The position numbers and the translations under genes were made by a program. From contig JAWBBW010000003.1 of NCBI GenBank assembly GCA_038824035.1, forward strand, positions 1 through 64,000: a stretch of DNA of 64,000 nucleotides, in the 5' to 3' direction. The DNA comes from Desulfurococcaceae archaeon (GTDB lineage: Archaea > Thermoproteota > Thermoprotei_A > Sulfolobales > Desulfurococcaceae). The notes under the pieces are model-generated. The model was not told where the DNA came from and searched no databases. It worked only from the letters and a program-made list of their open reading frames with translations. This document shows, piece by piece, positions 1-8,870 of this stretch (positions within the stretch are counted from its first letter, which is position 1; every line of letters starts with the position of its first letter).

Positions 1-34
1 AGAAAAGACTAGAAGAGTACAATGGGAGGTAGTT

Positions 35-388
35 CTACACTTCTACGTAGACGTCTATGAACTTCTTATACCATTTCTCATATTCTTCTGGAGTTACAAT
101 ATGTACCTGGAAGATGTACTCAAAGCCCAGGTCCTCGAATATCTTCTTGTATAATTTCGCTCTCATCCACGGATCCCTTGCAAGCTCCGTTACGAGGAGA
201 ACATCAATATCGCTATCGGGCCTCATTTTGCCACGCACGTAGCTACCAAATAGCATAGTTCTGCAAGTGGAGTCTGCAGATACGCATATCTCTTTGATCT
301 TACCTATATGTGTCATAATGCTCTCTAAGCACCTCTTCCTGGCGAGGTACTTGTGGTAGAGGAAGTCTATGAAGCCTTCTCGAGCCAT
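35..388 (-). CDS. Minimal nucleotidyltransferase (MNT), antitoxin-type partner of HEPN protein
   Basis: LFGSYVRG...SDIDVLLV Pol-beta NTase motif; 117 aa; overlaps the end of the upstream HEPN gene. Confidence 0.9.
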   Translation of the reverse strand: MAREGFIDFLYHKYLARKRCLESIMTHIGKIKEICVSADSTCRTMLFGSYVRGKMRPDSDIDVLLVTELARDPWMRAKLYKKIFEDLGFEYIFQVHIVTPEEYEKWYKKFIDVYVEV

Positions 389-754
389 TTAAACACCTCT
401 AAAAGCTTTTTACCAAGTTCTAAAGCCCGTGTAACAATCTCAGGATCGTACTCTCTAGGAATATATTTCGACGTAATATATAATTCCTCTAAAAGGTATA
501 ATAACTCTATATGAGAACTTACAATATTCTCGAGTTCTATATTTCCATAGATCTTCACAAGATCTTTAAGCAGAATAACAATTGAATGTGTCTTTGGGAA
601 ATCTCCCAGCCTTCTATACAACAAATACTTCGCGTAAAGCTGTATAGCCTGTTCTATGTGGAAGAGAACTAAGTCGTAGTCCCCTCGATCAAAATCATCA
701 ATGGCATTGTCTCAGAAACGACTCGGCCCTTCTACGCAAAATCTCGTAGCTCAC
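367..754 (-). pseudogene. HEPN-domain protein with a +1 frameshift near 709
   Basis: GTG at 754 after GGGTGG RBS gives MSYEILRRRAESFLR; removing one base continues NAIDDFDRGDYDLVLFHIEQAIQLYAKYLLYRRLGDFPKTHS (typical HEPN). Span is 388 nt = 3n+1. Confidence 0.8.
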
Positions 755-1439
755 TTAAAACCACCCTCGTGGAAGTTCTCGTAAACACGCCTATAAGGTC
801 CTTTATTATATATCGAGGCCCATGGCTATATAATTCATTACAACTGAGCCTTTACTAATCAATGATTTCCCGAGAAAACATAATTTACAGAGGAGAAGAA
901 AATTCTCCGTGGACACGATCTCCTCAAAGTTCAGATCATCATTCACATAGCTGAGGGATTAAAGCGAAGAAGTATATAAATAGAGATAGAATACATGGAG
1001 AAGTACTTGATGAACTCTGATGAGGATCAATGGTTTGAGGTTGAAACACGTCAAAGGACTTACGATGACCAATTAGTCGTCACACAGAAACAATGCCTAT
1101 AACTAAAAACAATTTCCATGGATCCTGGTGCTAATGGCCTCGTTAGATACTGCTTGGTTTAACGGCTATTAAATACCGGGAAGGGAGCATTGAGTTGAAA
1201 ACTTTTACGTACTTTTCACTAATAATTTTTACGAACTCGACAACCTCTTTATCCCTATGTATTTAATATATCCCACATCAATATGTTGCACAGTTACTAC
1301 AGTGAAGATTAACCCGGGCTTTATCCAGATCTTTATTCTCCTTCAATAGTTACTGTTATTGTGGAGTATTTCCTCGTAGTTCTAGTCTTCATCATTATAA
1401 TTGGACGGGACCACGATTCTGGTTGTATCTCAATGAGTG

Positions 1440-2408
1440 TTAGCTAGAGTGTTGCTTCATAATGTGTTCAGCTATTTTAATGGCGCCATTAGTGTACTTG
1501 ATAGATGGTTTTTTCTCAGCCTCTTCCAATGCTTCTACGAGTTTACCAGGTGTTGCTTCGTCGAGGAAAACAGCGTTTAGTTTTTCAGCAAATGCCTTAA
1601 CCTCTCTTTTTGTGAAGAGCTTTGAATGCCTCTTGGTATAGGCTATGACCACGGGTTTCCCATAAGCGAGCCTGGCTGTCGCGGCTGTTATTCCCGGGTG
1701 GGTTATAACGATCCTCGCTCCTGCAATCCACTTGTGGAGGTCTTCTGTGTACTTGAAGAAGACCCACTTTGGCTTTCTCTGCGTGAAAGGGATTGGATCG
1801 ATATCACCTGTTTGTATAACCATTTTATCCACATCGAGCTCCAAAGCAGCGTTAAAGAGATCATCAGCGCCGAGCGTGCCGGTTGTCACCAACACGTATC
1901 CCTCATCTCGTGGCTCATAAATCAAGGGCTCGTAAACCGGCCCGACTACTACTCCATGGGGGTATATCCTCAACTGCTCTTCCCAGTGGAGGAAAACCAT
2001 TGCGCCTGTTTTGTAGAGGAAATTCACTGCCATGCTGCCTCTACAAACCCTGTCAACCGCTTCTAGTGTATAAACCCTACTTTTCCTCAGTGTTTTCAAA
2101 GTGATGGAGGGTAATATCGAGAAATTAGAGCCCGGTGCGAAGATGAATCTATATTTTTCGCGGACAAGGTTGAGTGATTCAGCAAACGCTCTCAGCCATC
2201 TGTGAACTCCTTTGTGGAAAGGCTCAAGCGGTCTACGAGGTAGTGTCGCGTAAATGGTTCTACCTAATTCCTTGAACCTGGTCTCGAGGTATAGGTAACC
2301 CCGTGGTAATAGAACATCAAGTTCAACCCCGCGCTTAGCCAATTCACGGGCAACTGTGTAAGCATAGCCAGCATGGCCTCCATAACTAGCTATGACAAGT
2401 CCTCGCAT
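1440..2408 (-). CDS. Alg14/Alg13-like (Agl24/MurG-type GT-B) UDP-GlcNAc transferase
   Basis: N-terminal ASYGGH motif, LEAVDR and FLHWEEQ (Alg14-like); LVTTGT, VIQTG and ITHPG (Alg13-like) in one chain. Confidence 0.75.
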   Translation of the reverse strand: MRGLVIASYGGHAGYAYTVARELAKRGVELDVLLPRGYLYLETRFKELGRTIYATLPRRPLEPFHKGVHRWLRAFAESLNLVREKYRFIFAPGSNFSILPSITLKTLRKSRVYTLEAVDRVCRGSMAVNFLYKTGAMVFLHWEEQLRIYPHGVVVGPVYEPLIYEPRDEGYVLVTTGTLGADDLFNAALELDVDKMVIQTGDIDPIPFTQRKPKWVFFKYTEDLHKWIAGARIVITHPGITAATARLAYGKPVVIAYTKRHSKLFTKREVKAFAEKLNAVFLDEATPGKLVEALEEAEKKPSIKYTNGAIKIAEHIMKQHSS

Positions 2409-3101
2409 AAAATCACCTCCTTATCAGTAACTGGGCTAATCAATGTATATGTCAAGTGCTTTCTAAACCTTAATCAAACACTACACTGGGTGAACTACGA
2501 CGCCAAGTCAATAATTTTGTCTCCAAGAGACCAGGTCTCCCTATAAAAACATGGCTTTTCATGGATCGCGATGAGCCAAACCTGCCTCAAAATCCATTGA
2601 TGTATTTTGAAGAACTATTAGCGATGACTAAACGTTCTTGAACATCAGTGCTAACTCCACGTGGCTAAATCCCGTCGCTCTTTCAGTTTCAACGCCCGGC
2701 GAGAGCACGTATGTGCACTCCATGGCATTCAACCTCTATTTCAGGAGATCAAGGTACTCGTAGTTAACCCTGTAATTCACATAGCCTATGATAGCTGATT
2801 CAGGCCTCTTGCCATGATATATTTATTAATCCTAATACCACTGAGAACACTGTAAATCTCGTCGAAAAGCCTGTGAAGTCTTAACAATTCCGTTCTAAAC
2901 CTCTGTTCTGTGACATGAATTCGAAATACATATTGTTCTGCCTGACAAATCCACTCAACAATACACTCGGTGTTAAGACACGATATGTGAAAACCAAAGT
3001 AGAAACAATACTCGTCATCAAGGACTATGGACTGTAATTGCCCTTGACCTTCATTAAACCTTGAACAATAGCCAGTGACCTAGGAAATACCTTGTAATGG
3101 A

Positions 3102-3130
3102 TAATTACATGTAATTACATGTTATAACAT
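3102..3130. promoter_or_regulatory. Overlapping perfect palindromes upstream of hydrogenase operon (putative operator)
   Basis: TAATTACATGTAATTA (3102-3117), ACATGTAATTACATGT (3107-3122) and ATGTTATAACAT (3119-3130) are each self-complementary; about 45-75 nt before the first start codon. Confidence 0.55.
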
Positions 3131-3174
3131 CATGAATTAATCCTGGTGATTTTTAATTCTTACTTAATAGGTGT

Positions 3175-3696
3175 ATGATGCTTATGAATCAAGTAGAAAT
3201 AGGCAGAATTGAGCACATAGCCGAGATCGATGTTTCAAAGTTGGTGGATAATATTATTGAGAGACGTGGTTGTCATAGAAGCAAATTAATCCCAATACTC
3301 CAAGATATCCAAGGTGAATTAAAATACCTCCCGAGAAAAGCACTTGAATTGATTTCAAACAAGCTCAGTATACCGATCTCTGAAATAATTGCTGTAGCTT
3401 CTTTTTATCATCAGTTCAGATTAGAACCCATCGGAGATTATATTTTTCAAGTATGTTTAGGAACAGCGTGCTATCTAAAAGGGGCGAACGATGTTTACGA
3501 AGCATTAAAATTAATTGCCGATAAGACTCGTATAACCGTTGAAAAAGCACGATGTTTTGGATGTTGTAGCCTTGCCCCGGTTATGATGGTAATTAATACC
3601 AAGACGGGTAGCAAGGACATATATGGAAGACTAAATCCAAATGATGCGAGAAAAATAGCGTCAAAGTACTTAGCGATAACACGTAGCAAGAGGTAA
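3175..3696 (+). CDS. NuoE/HydC-like [2Fe-2S] diaphorase subunit
   Basis: LIPILQDIQ, VASFYHQF, VCLGTAC...RCFGCCSLAP. Confidence 0.92.
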   Translation: MMLMNQVEIGRIEHIAEIDVSKLVDNIIERRGCHRSKLIPILQDIQGELKYLPRKALELISNKLSIPISEIIAVASFYHQFRLEPIGDYIFQVCLGTACYLKGANDVYEALKLIADKTRITVEKARCFGCCSLAPVMMVINTKTGSKDIYGRLNPNDARKIASKYLAITRSKR

Positions 3697-3702
3697 TCTT
3701 AA

Positions 3703-5529
3703 TTGAATAGCGATGAATCATTAAGTGAAATCATCTACGGTCATGGCGATTTAAGAATACACATTCCCATATCGAGTTGTACTTTAGCCGCTGGGGCTCA
3801 GGAGATATACGATGTTACTGAAAAATACATTCATAGAACCGGTATAAACGCCGAGTTACATAAAGTTGGCTGTATGGGGTTATGTTTCCTGGATCCATGG
3901 ATCATGGTTGCTGGTAAAGATCTACCGCCGGCAATATATGTAAACGTTAAACCCACCGATGTCGAGGAAATAGTGAACAAGTATTTAAAGGGGGATTTAT
4001 CAAACGCGTATGCTATTAGGTTCAGAAGAGGCGATACAAGTTATGATGTCCCATCACTCGAGGATAGGCCTGAGTGGAAACACCAAGTAAGATTCGTTTC
4101 AAGGAATTGTGGATTGATTGATCCAGAATCCATAGACGAGTACATCAAAACAGGAGGTTATGAAGGACTTAGAAAGGCATTGAAAATGAAACAGGAAGAG
4201 ATAATAGAGGTGGTTAAAAAATCCTGTCTAAGAGGTAGAGGTGGTGCTGGCTTTCCAACATGGCTTAAGTGGAAAATAACCTATGAACAAAAGAGCGATG
4301 AGAAGTATGTTATATGTAATGGAGATGAAGGTGATCCAGGGGCTTTTATGAACAGGCTTTTAGCGGAGTCTGATCCCCATAGAGTTATAGAGGGATTAAT
4401 AATAGCTGGTTATGCCGTGGGTGCCACTAAAGGATTCATCTTTGTGAGAGCGGAGAAACCACTTATGGCGAATAGATTGGAAAAAGCAGTTATCGAGGCT
4501 AGAAAGAAAGGATTTCTCGGTGAAAAAATAATGGGGACAAACTTCAACTTCGATATCGAGGTCTACAGAAGCGCGGGGGCATTTGTTTGCGGCGAGGAAA
4601 CGGCATTAATAGCTGCAATTGAGGGTAAAGCCCGACCAAGACAAAGACCGCCATATCCAGCTGTAAGTGGGTTATGGGGTAGACCAACACTTATAAACAA
4701 TGTCGAAACACTAGCTCATATTGCAACAATATTTCAAGTCGGGGTAGACGAGTTCATTAAGTACGGGACTGAAAAATCTAAGGGTACTAAGATGTTTTGT
4801 GTAACCGGAGCAGTGAAAAGGACTGGTGTCTATGAGGTACCAATAGGAACAACTATTAAAAAACTGGTATATGAATTAGCAGGAGGACCTGTTGAAGGTA
4901 AAAGGATAAAGGCTGTTCAAGTGGGAGGACCAAGTGGAGGATGTATACCATCTGATTTATTCGACCTGGAATTAGATTATGAAACATTACAAGCTTATGG
5001 AGCTATAATGGGATCGGGAGGATTGGTTGTAATAGATGATTCCGGATGCATGGTTAATGTTGCGAAATATTTCACCGATTTCACATTGGCAGAGTCATGT
5101 GGGAAATGCTTGCCATGTAGAGTTGGAATGAAAATAATGAATGATATACTGGGGAAAATAGTGAACGGCGAAGGGGATTCCTCTGATATAGAGACCTTAA
5201 GGGATCTAGGTGTATCGGTGATCAAAACAAGCTTATGTGGTTTAGGAGGGACTGCACCGAACCCGGTCCTATCAACTCTCAGGTATTTTGAAAGTGAATA
5301 CAAAGAACACATAGAGAACAAAAAATGCCCGGCAAAGGCATGTCCAAGGCTCGTAACTTACGCGATAATTGAAAATAGATGTCGTGGATGTGGTGTTTGC
5401 GCGAGACATTGTCCGGCCAATGCCATTGAGGGTATAACAGGTAAACCCCATTCCATCAATCCCTTGAAATGTATAAAATGTGGTATGTGTTTGATTAGTT
5501 GCCCCTTCGGTGCAATTGAAAAAACATAG
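3703..5529 (+). CDS. NuoF/HydB-like FMN/NAD(H)-binding diaphorase subunit with C-terminal 2x[4Fe-4S]
   Basis: LRGRGGAGFPT, CNGDEGDPGAFM, GAFVCGEETAL, GGPSGG, ESCGKCLPCR, two CxxCxxCxxxCP motifs. Confidence 0.95.
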   Translation: MNSDESLSEIIYGHGDLRIHIPISSCTLAAGAQEIYDVTEKYIHRTGINAELHKVGCMGLCFLDPWIMVAGKDLPPAIYVNVKPTDVEEIVNKYLKGDLSNAYAIRFRRGDTSYDVPSLEDRPEWKHQVRFVSRNCGLIDPESIDEYIKTGGYEGLRKALKMKQEEIIEVVKKSCLRGRGGAGFPTWLKWKITYEQKSDEKYVICNGDEGDPGAFMNRLLAESDPHRVIEGLIIAGYAVGATKGFIFVRAEKPLMANRLEKAVIEARKKGFLGEKIMGTNFNFDIEVYRSAGAFVCGEETALIAAIEGKARPRQRPPYPAVSGLWGRPTLINNVETLAHIATIFQVGVDEFIKYGTEKSKGTKMFCVTGAVKRTGVYEVPIGTTIKKLVYELAGGPVEGKRIKAVQVGGPSGGCIPSDLFDLELDYETLQAYGAIMGSGGLVVIDDSGCMVNVAKYFTDFTLAESCGKCLPCRVGMKIMNDILGKIVNGEGDSSDIETLRDLGVSVIKTSLCGLGGTAPNPVLSTLRYFESEYKEHIENKKCPAKACPRLVTYAIIENRCRGCGVCARHCPANAIEGITGKPHSINPLKCIKCGMCLISCPFGAIEKT

Positions 5530-5539
5530 GTGATAAATT

Positions 5540-6187
5540 ATGGTTAGAGTCAAGGTCAACGATATAGAAGTAGAAGTATCGCCGGGTTCATATATCATAG
5601 ATGCTATTGAAAAAGCTGGGTTCAGAGTTCCCTTACTATGCTATCTTAAAGGTTTATTCAATGAGGCGACTTGTAGATTATGTGTCGTGAAAGCTAATGG
5701 AAGAGTTGTCCCATCATGTAGATTCCCTGTTCAAGAAGATATGGTCATTATTACAAATGACAACGAGTTACATAAGTTGAGAAGAATAAACTTCGAGTTA
5801 GTTTTAGCAACACATAATATAAATTGTTGGGAATGTTATAGGAAGGGATCGTGTTTGCTCGTCTCACTTTCAAAGGAACTCAGAGTTGAAGGTATACCAG
5901 TATGTTCCGAGTGTTTCTTATATGGTGATCGATGTTTAATAAAACAAGGAATTCCATGCTTAGGCCCCATCACTATTGCTGGATGTGATGCCGAATGTAC
6001 CAGGCAAAACGCACCCTGTATTGGATGCAGGGGATTCGTATCTAGCATGAGTATCTGGAAAAATGCGCTTAGATTTTACAAGGAAAACAATATTGAAAGA
6101 AGAGATCTAGAATCGGTCATAGCCATCTTTTGGCCGGTTCTACCGATTAAATTCCAGAAATTAATTCTAGAGGTGTACATGCAGTGA
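5540..6187 (+). CDS. Chimeric Fe-S subunit: NuoG/HydA N-terminus fused to C-terminal half of a group 3 [NiFe]-hydrogenase small subunit
   Basis: PLLCY...CRLC...PSC [2Fe-2S] and HNINCWEC...C His-ligated [4Fe-4S], then PVCSEC...CLGPITIAGC...CIGCRG. Confidence 0.85.
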   Translation: MVRVKVNDIEVEVSPGSYIIDAIEKAGFRVPLLCYLKGLFNEATCRLCVVKANGRVVPSCRFPVQEDMVIITNDNELHKLRRINFELVLATHNINCWECYRKGSCLLVSLSKELRVEGIPVCSECFLYGDRCLIKQGIPCLGPITIAGCDAECTRQNAPCIGCRGFVSSMSIWKNALRFYKENNIERRDLESVIAIFWPVLPIKFQKLILEVYMQ

Positions 6188-7422
6188 ACAATACCCGGTT
6201 AGAGCTTGAACTAGATAGAGTGGCCGGAGAGTCGAAGATTACAGTTTATCTGAAAAATGGGGAAATCAGAGCCGAATACTCGGGGTTATTAAGTGAAAGA
6301 TTATTTGAGCGTTTAATTATGAAACGCGACTACAAATATGTGCCATATATAGCAGCTAGAATATGTGGTGTATGTAGCCATGCCCATTTCTGGGCCTCAA
6401 ATCTAGCGATTGAGAATGCCCTGGGAATAGAAGTTGACGAGGTCACGGCTGAGTTAAGGGATATATGCAACAAGCTCCAAATCATAGAAAATCACTTGGT
6501 TCACTTGTTTTTCCTTGCATTACCTGATTACAAGACCCCTGAGCCGAAGATCTTATCCAATGTCATAAAGGCCAAGGAGTTATTGAAAAACACGTTGAAC
6601 ATATTATGCGGGAGATTATCAGGGCCACAACCATATATGCCAGGTGGTTTCATCAAGGAAATATCAGGATTACATATTGATAAATCGACTAAATTAATGG
6701 AGCACTTGGTCTTAATTATTAATGAAGTTGTCAACTATGTTTTGAGCAAAATTAATTTACCTTTACTAAAAGATCCTTCCCCCAATTATCTAGCATTATC
6801 CACTTGGCCTGAGAAAAGCATACCGATCAAGGAACCATACGTTATCTCGAGCAATAATGGAAATGTTGAAATAAATGGCGAGAACTATTTGAATTACTTT
6901 AATGAAATTAAATCAGAATACTCAAATAGCAAGTCATGTGTTTTCAATAACCAGGTGTTCTTTGTTGGAGCAAGAGCAAGGCTCTTAGCTAAAAGGTACA
7001 TGGATTTAAGCCCAGAACTCCTCGATTCACTGAGTAACAATCCCTATAGCAACATAGTAGCTAAGGCCATAGAAGCTCGTTATTTAGTAAGCGATGTGTT
7101 AAATAAATTGAGTGGTGTAGCCGGTAAATCACCCAAGAGAACTCTGCCTAGCCGTAATAAAGGAAGGGGATTATCTATTGTCGAAGCGCCACGTGGATTA
7201 TTAATTCACTACTATGAGATCGGAGAAGAAGGTAGGATAGAAAGAGTAAACATAATCACGCCTACTGTTATGTTTACTAAACACGTGGAGAAAACCGCTG
7301 AGGCTTTGGTAAAACAGTTTTATGACATGGAGATTAATACGATATCTAAGTATATAGAAATGTTAATACGATCATATGATCCATGTATACCTTGTGCTGT
7401 TCACTTGATTAAAGTCTCATAG
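6184..7422 (+). CDS. Group 3 [NiFe]-hydrogenase large subunit
   Basis: L1 RICGVC and L2 DPCIPCAVH with 5-residue extension; EAPRG, IITPT. Confidence 0.93.
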   Translation: MNNTRLELELDRVAGESKITVYLKNGEIRAEYSGLLSERLFERLIMKRDYKYVPYIAARICGVCSHAHFWASNLAIENALGIEVDEVTAELRDICNKLQIIENHLVHLFFLALPDYKTPEPKILSNVIKAKELLKNTLNILCGRLSGPQPYMPGGFIKEISGLHIDKSTKLMEHLVLIINEVVNYVLSKINLPLLKDPSPNYLALSTWPEKSIPIKEPYVISSNNGNVEINGENYLNYFNEIKSEYSNSKSCVFNNQVFFVGARARLLAKRYMDLSPELLDSLSNNPYSNIVAKAIEARYLVSDVLNKLSGVAGKSPKRTLPSRNKGRGLSIVEAPRGLLIHYYEIGEEGRIERVNIITPTVMFTKHVEKTAEALVKQFYDMEINTISKYIEMLIRSYDPCIPCAVHLIKVS

Positions 7423-7424
7423 GG

Positions 7425-8750
7425 TTGATCTACTTGAAAATGGCGTTAATATCCCTAACAGGATGTGAAGGATGTTTCTACAATTTAATCGATGAACGAG
7501 TATTAGGATTACTGGAGAAATATAACGTAGAATTAGTTGATTGGCGATTTCTAGGAATAAGAAAAAGTGACGAATACGATATCGCAGTAGTTGAGGGCTC
7601 TGTTGTTAATGAAAATGACTTAAAGAAGCTTCAATTAATAAGGAAGAAATCGAAGATCCTGGTTGCTATCGGTACATGCGCTATTCAGGGAGGTGTTCAA
7701 GCTGGAATACAGCGCGAAATAGAAAAACACGAATCTAAGCCTTTAGCCTCCTATGTCAAGGTGGATTACTATATACGGGGATGCCCCGTCAGGGTTGAGG
7801 AATTTCTACGATTTCTTGAAGATGTTTTAAGAGGCGAGAAGCCAGTATGGTATGAAAGAAGATTTGATCTAGTTGAACGACCAGTGTTTAAGGTAAGTGA
7901 TAGTGATGGTTTTCTAATCTTAGATTCATCTAAATGCATTGTTTGTGGCAGATGTATAGAGCTGTGTAGAATCATGCAAGCTAATGTCCTGAACTATATT
8001 AATAGAGGCATATCAACGCTTGTTTCAACTCCGTATGGAGATCGATTCGAGAGTGCTGGTTGTCACTACTGTGGTTTATGCGTAGCATATTGTCCAGTCG
8101 GTGCGATTACACATAAACTTGAAATCGATAAATTAACTAATGGTAAAGGTTTGGAGATCTATATAGAACCAGAAGCTCTTGCATCGTTAATTGAAGCCGA
8201 AGACAGCGATCTTTTGCAAATCATTAAGGCTTTATATGTGCTTGGCTATGACAAGATCATAGTATACTCTAATGCTGTACAAGTTCAACCGGGCAAAATA
8301 TATGCTAAGAGTCCCGTTGAATATCAATTCCTAAAGAGGACTTATCCAGATCTCGAAGTGGAGCTCTTAGTCCCTAAAATACCGGATAACGCGATTTATG
8401 TGACTCAATGCATGGCTTGGAGAAGACTGTTAAAAAATGCCGTAACTAGTAGAGAATTACAGATATTGATGAAAAGTATTCCTAAAGAAACGTTGTCAAT
8501 TAAACCAGGAGAACAACTTAAACAACCTATAATCAATTTGAACCCCGGTATAAGTGTAAAGTATATAAATAATCCACGAGAAATAAAGGATATGGTTGAT
8601 AAAGCCCTGGATCAAGCGTTGATCTACACAATGTGTCCTGGAGGCTGTTTAATGGGTGGTGGCCAGCCCTTGTCTAAAAACGGTTCATGGCGTTCAATAT
8701 ACGAAGCGAGATCAATGATATTGAAAAGACTGGATACTTCTTTTACTTAG
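7425..8750 (+). CDS. Chimeric subunit: [NiFe] small-subunit N-terminus + 2x[4Fe-4S] + degenerate [FeFe]-hydrogenase H-domain
   Basis: TGCEGC, VEGSV, GTCA, GCP; then CIVCGRCIELC and CHYCGLCVAYCP; C-terminal MCPGGCLMGGGQP (P3-like motif). Confidence 0.85.
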   Translation: MIYLKMALISLTGCEGCFYNLIDERVLGLLEKYNVELVDWRFLGIRKSDEYDIAVVEGSVVNENDLKKLQLIRKKSKILVAIGTCAIQGGVQAGIQREIEKHESKPLASYVKVDYYIRGCPVRVEEFLRFLEDVLRGEKPVWYERRFDLVERPVFKVSDSDGFLILDSSKCIVCGRCIELCRIMQANVLNYINRGISTLVSTPYGDRFESAGCHYCGLCVAYCPVGAITHKLEIDKLTNGKGLEIYIEPEALASLIEAEDSDLLQIIKALYVLGYDKIIVYSNAVQVQPGKIYAKSPVEYQFLKRTYPDLEVELLVPKIPDNAIYVTQCMAWRRLLKNAVTSRELQILMKSIPKETLSIKPGEQLKQPIINLNPGISVKYINNPREIKDMVDKALDQALIYTMCPGGCLMGGGQPLSKNGSWRSIYEARSMILKRLDTSFT

Positions 8751-8870
8751 TTCTGATAAGAGGTTGGAAATTACGTGATCCGGGTATTTTAAAACAAATT
8801 AAAATAGCTGGATAAGTTAGATTAAAAATCCTTGACTGAAAGGCTATATTTCAATGTATGGTGACAAATC

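Noticed and set aside
1-32. End of a plus-strand ORF (...KRLEEYNGR*) entering the window
   Set aside because: Too little sequence to assign
780-1439. Possible decayed gene debris, including a GT2-like RIVVPSNYNDED fragment on the minus strand and a 35-codon ORF at 995
   Set aside because: Short and stop-riddled; cannot be supported without an alignment search
2460-3060. Long non-coding gap with coding-like minus-strand fragments
   Set aside because: No recognisable motif; probably a pseudogene relic but unassignable
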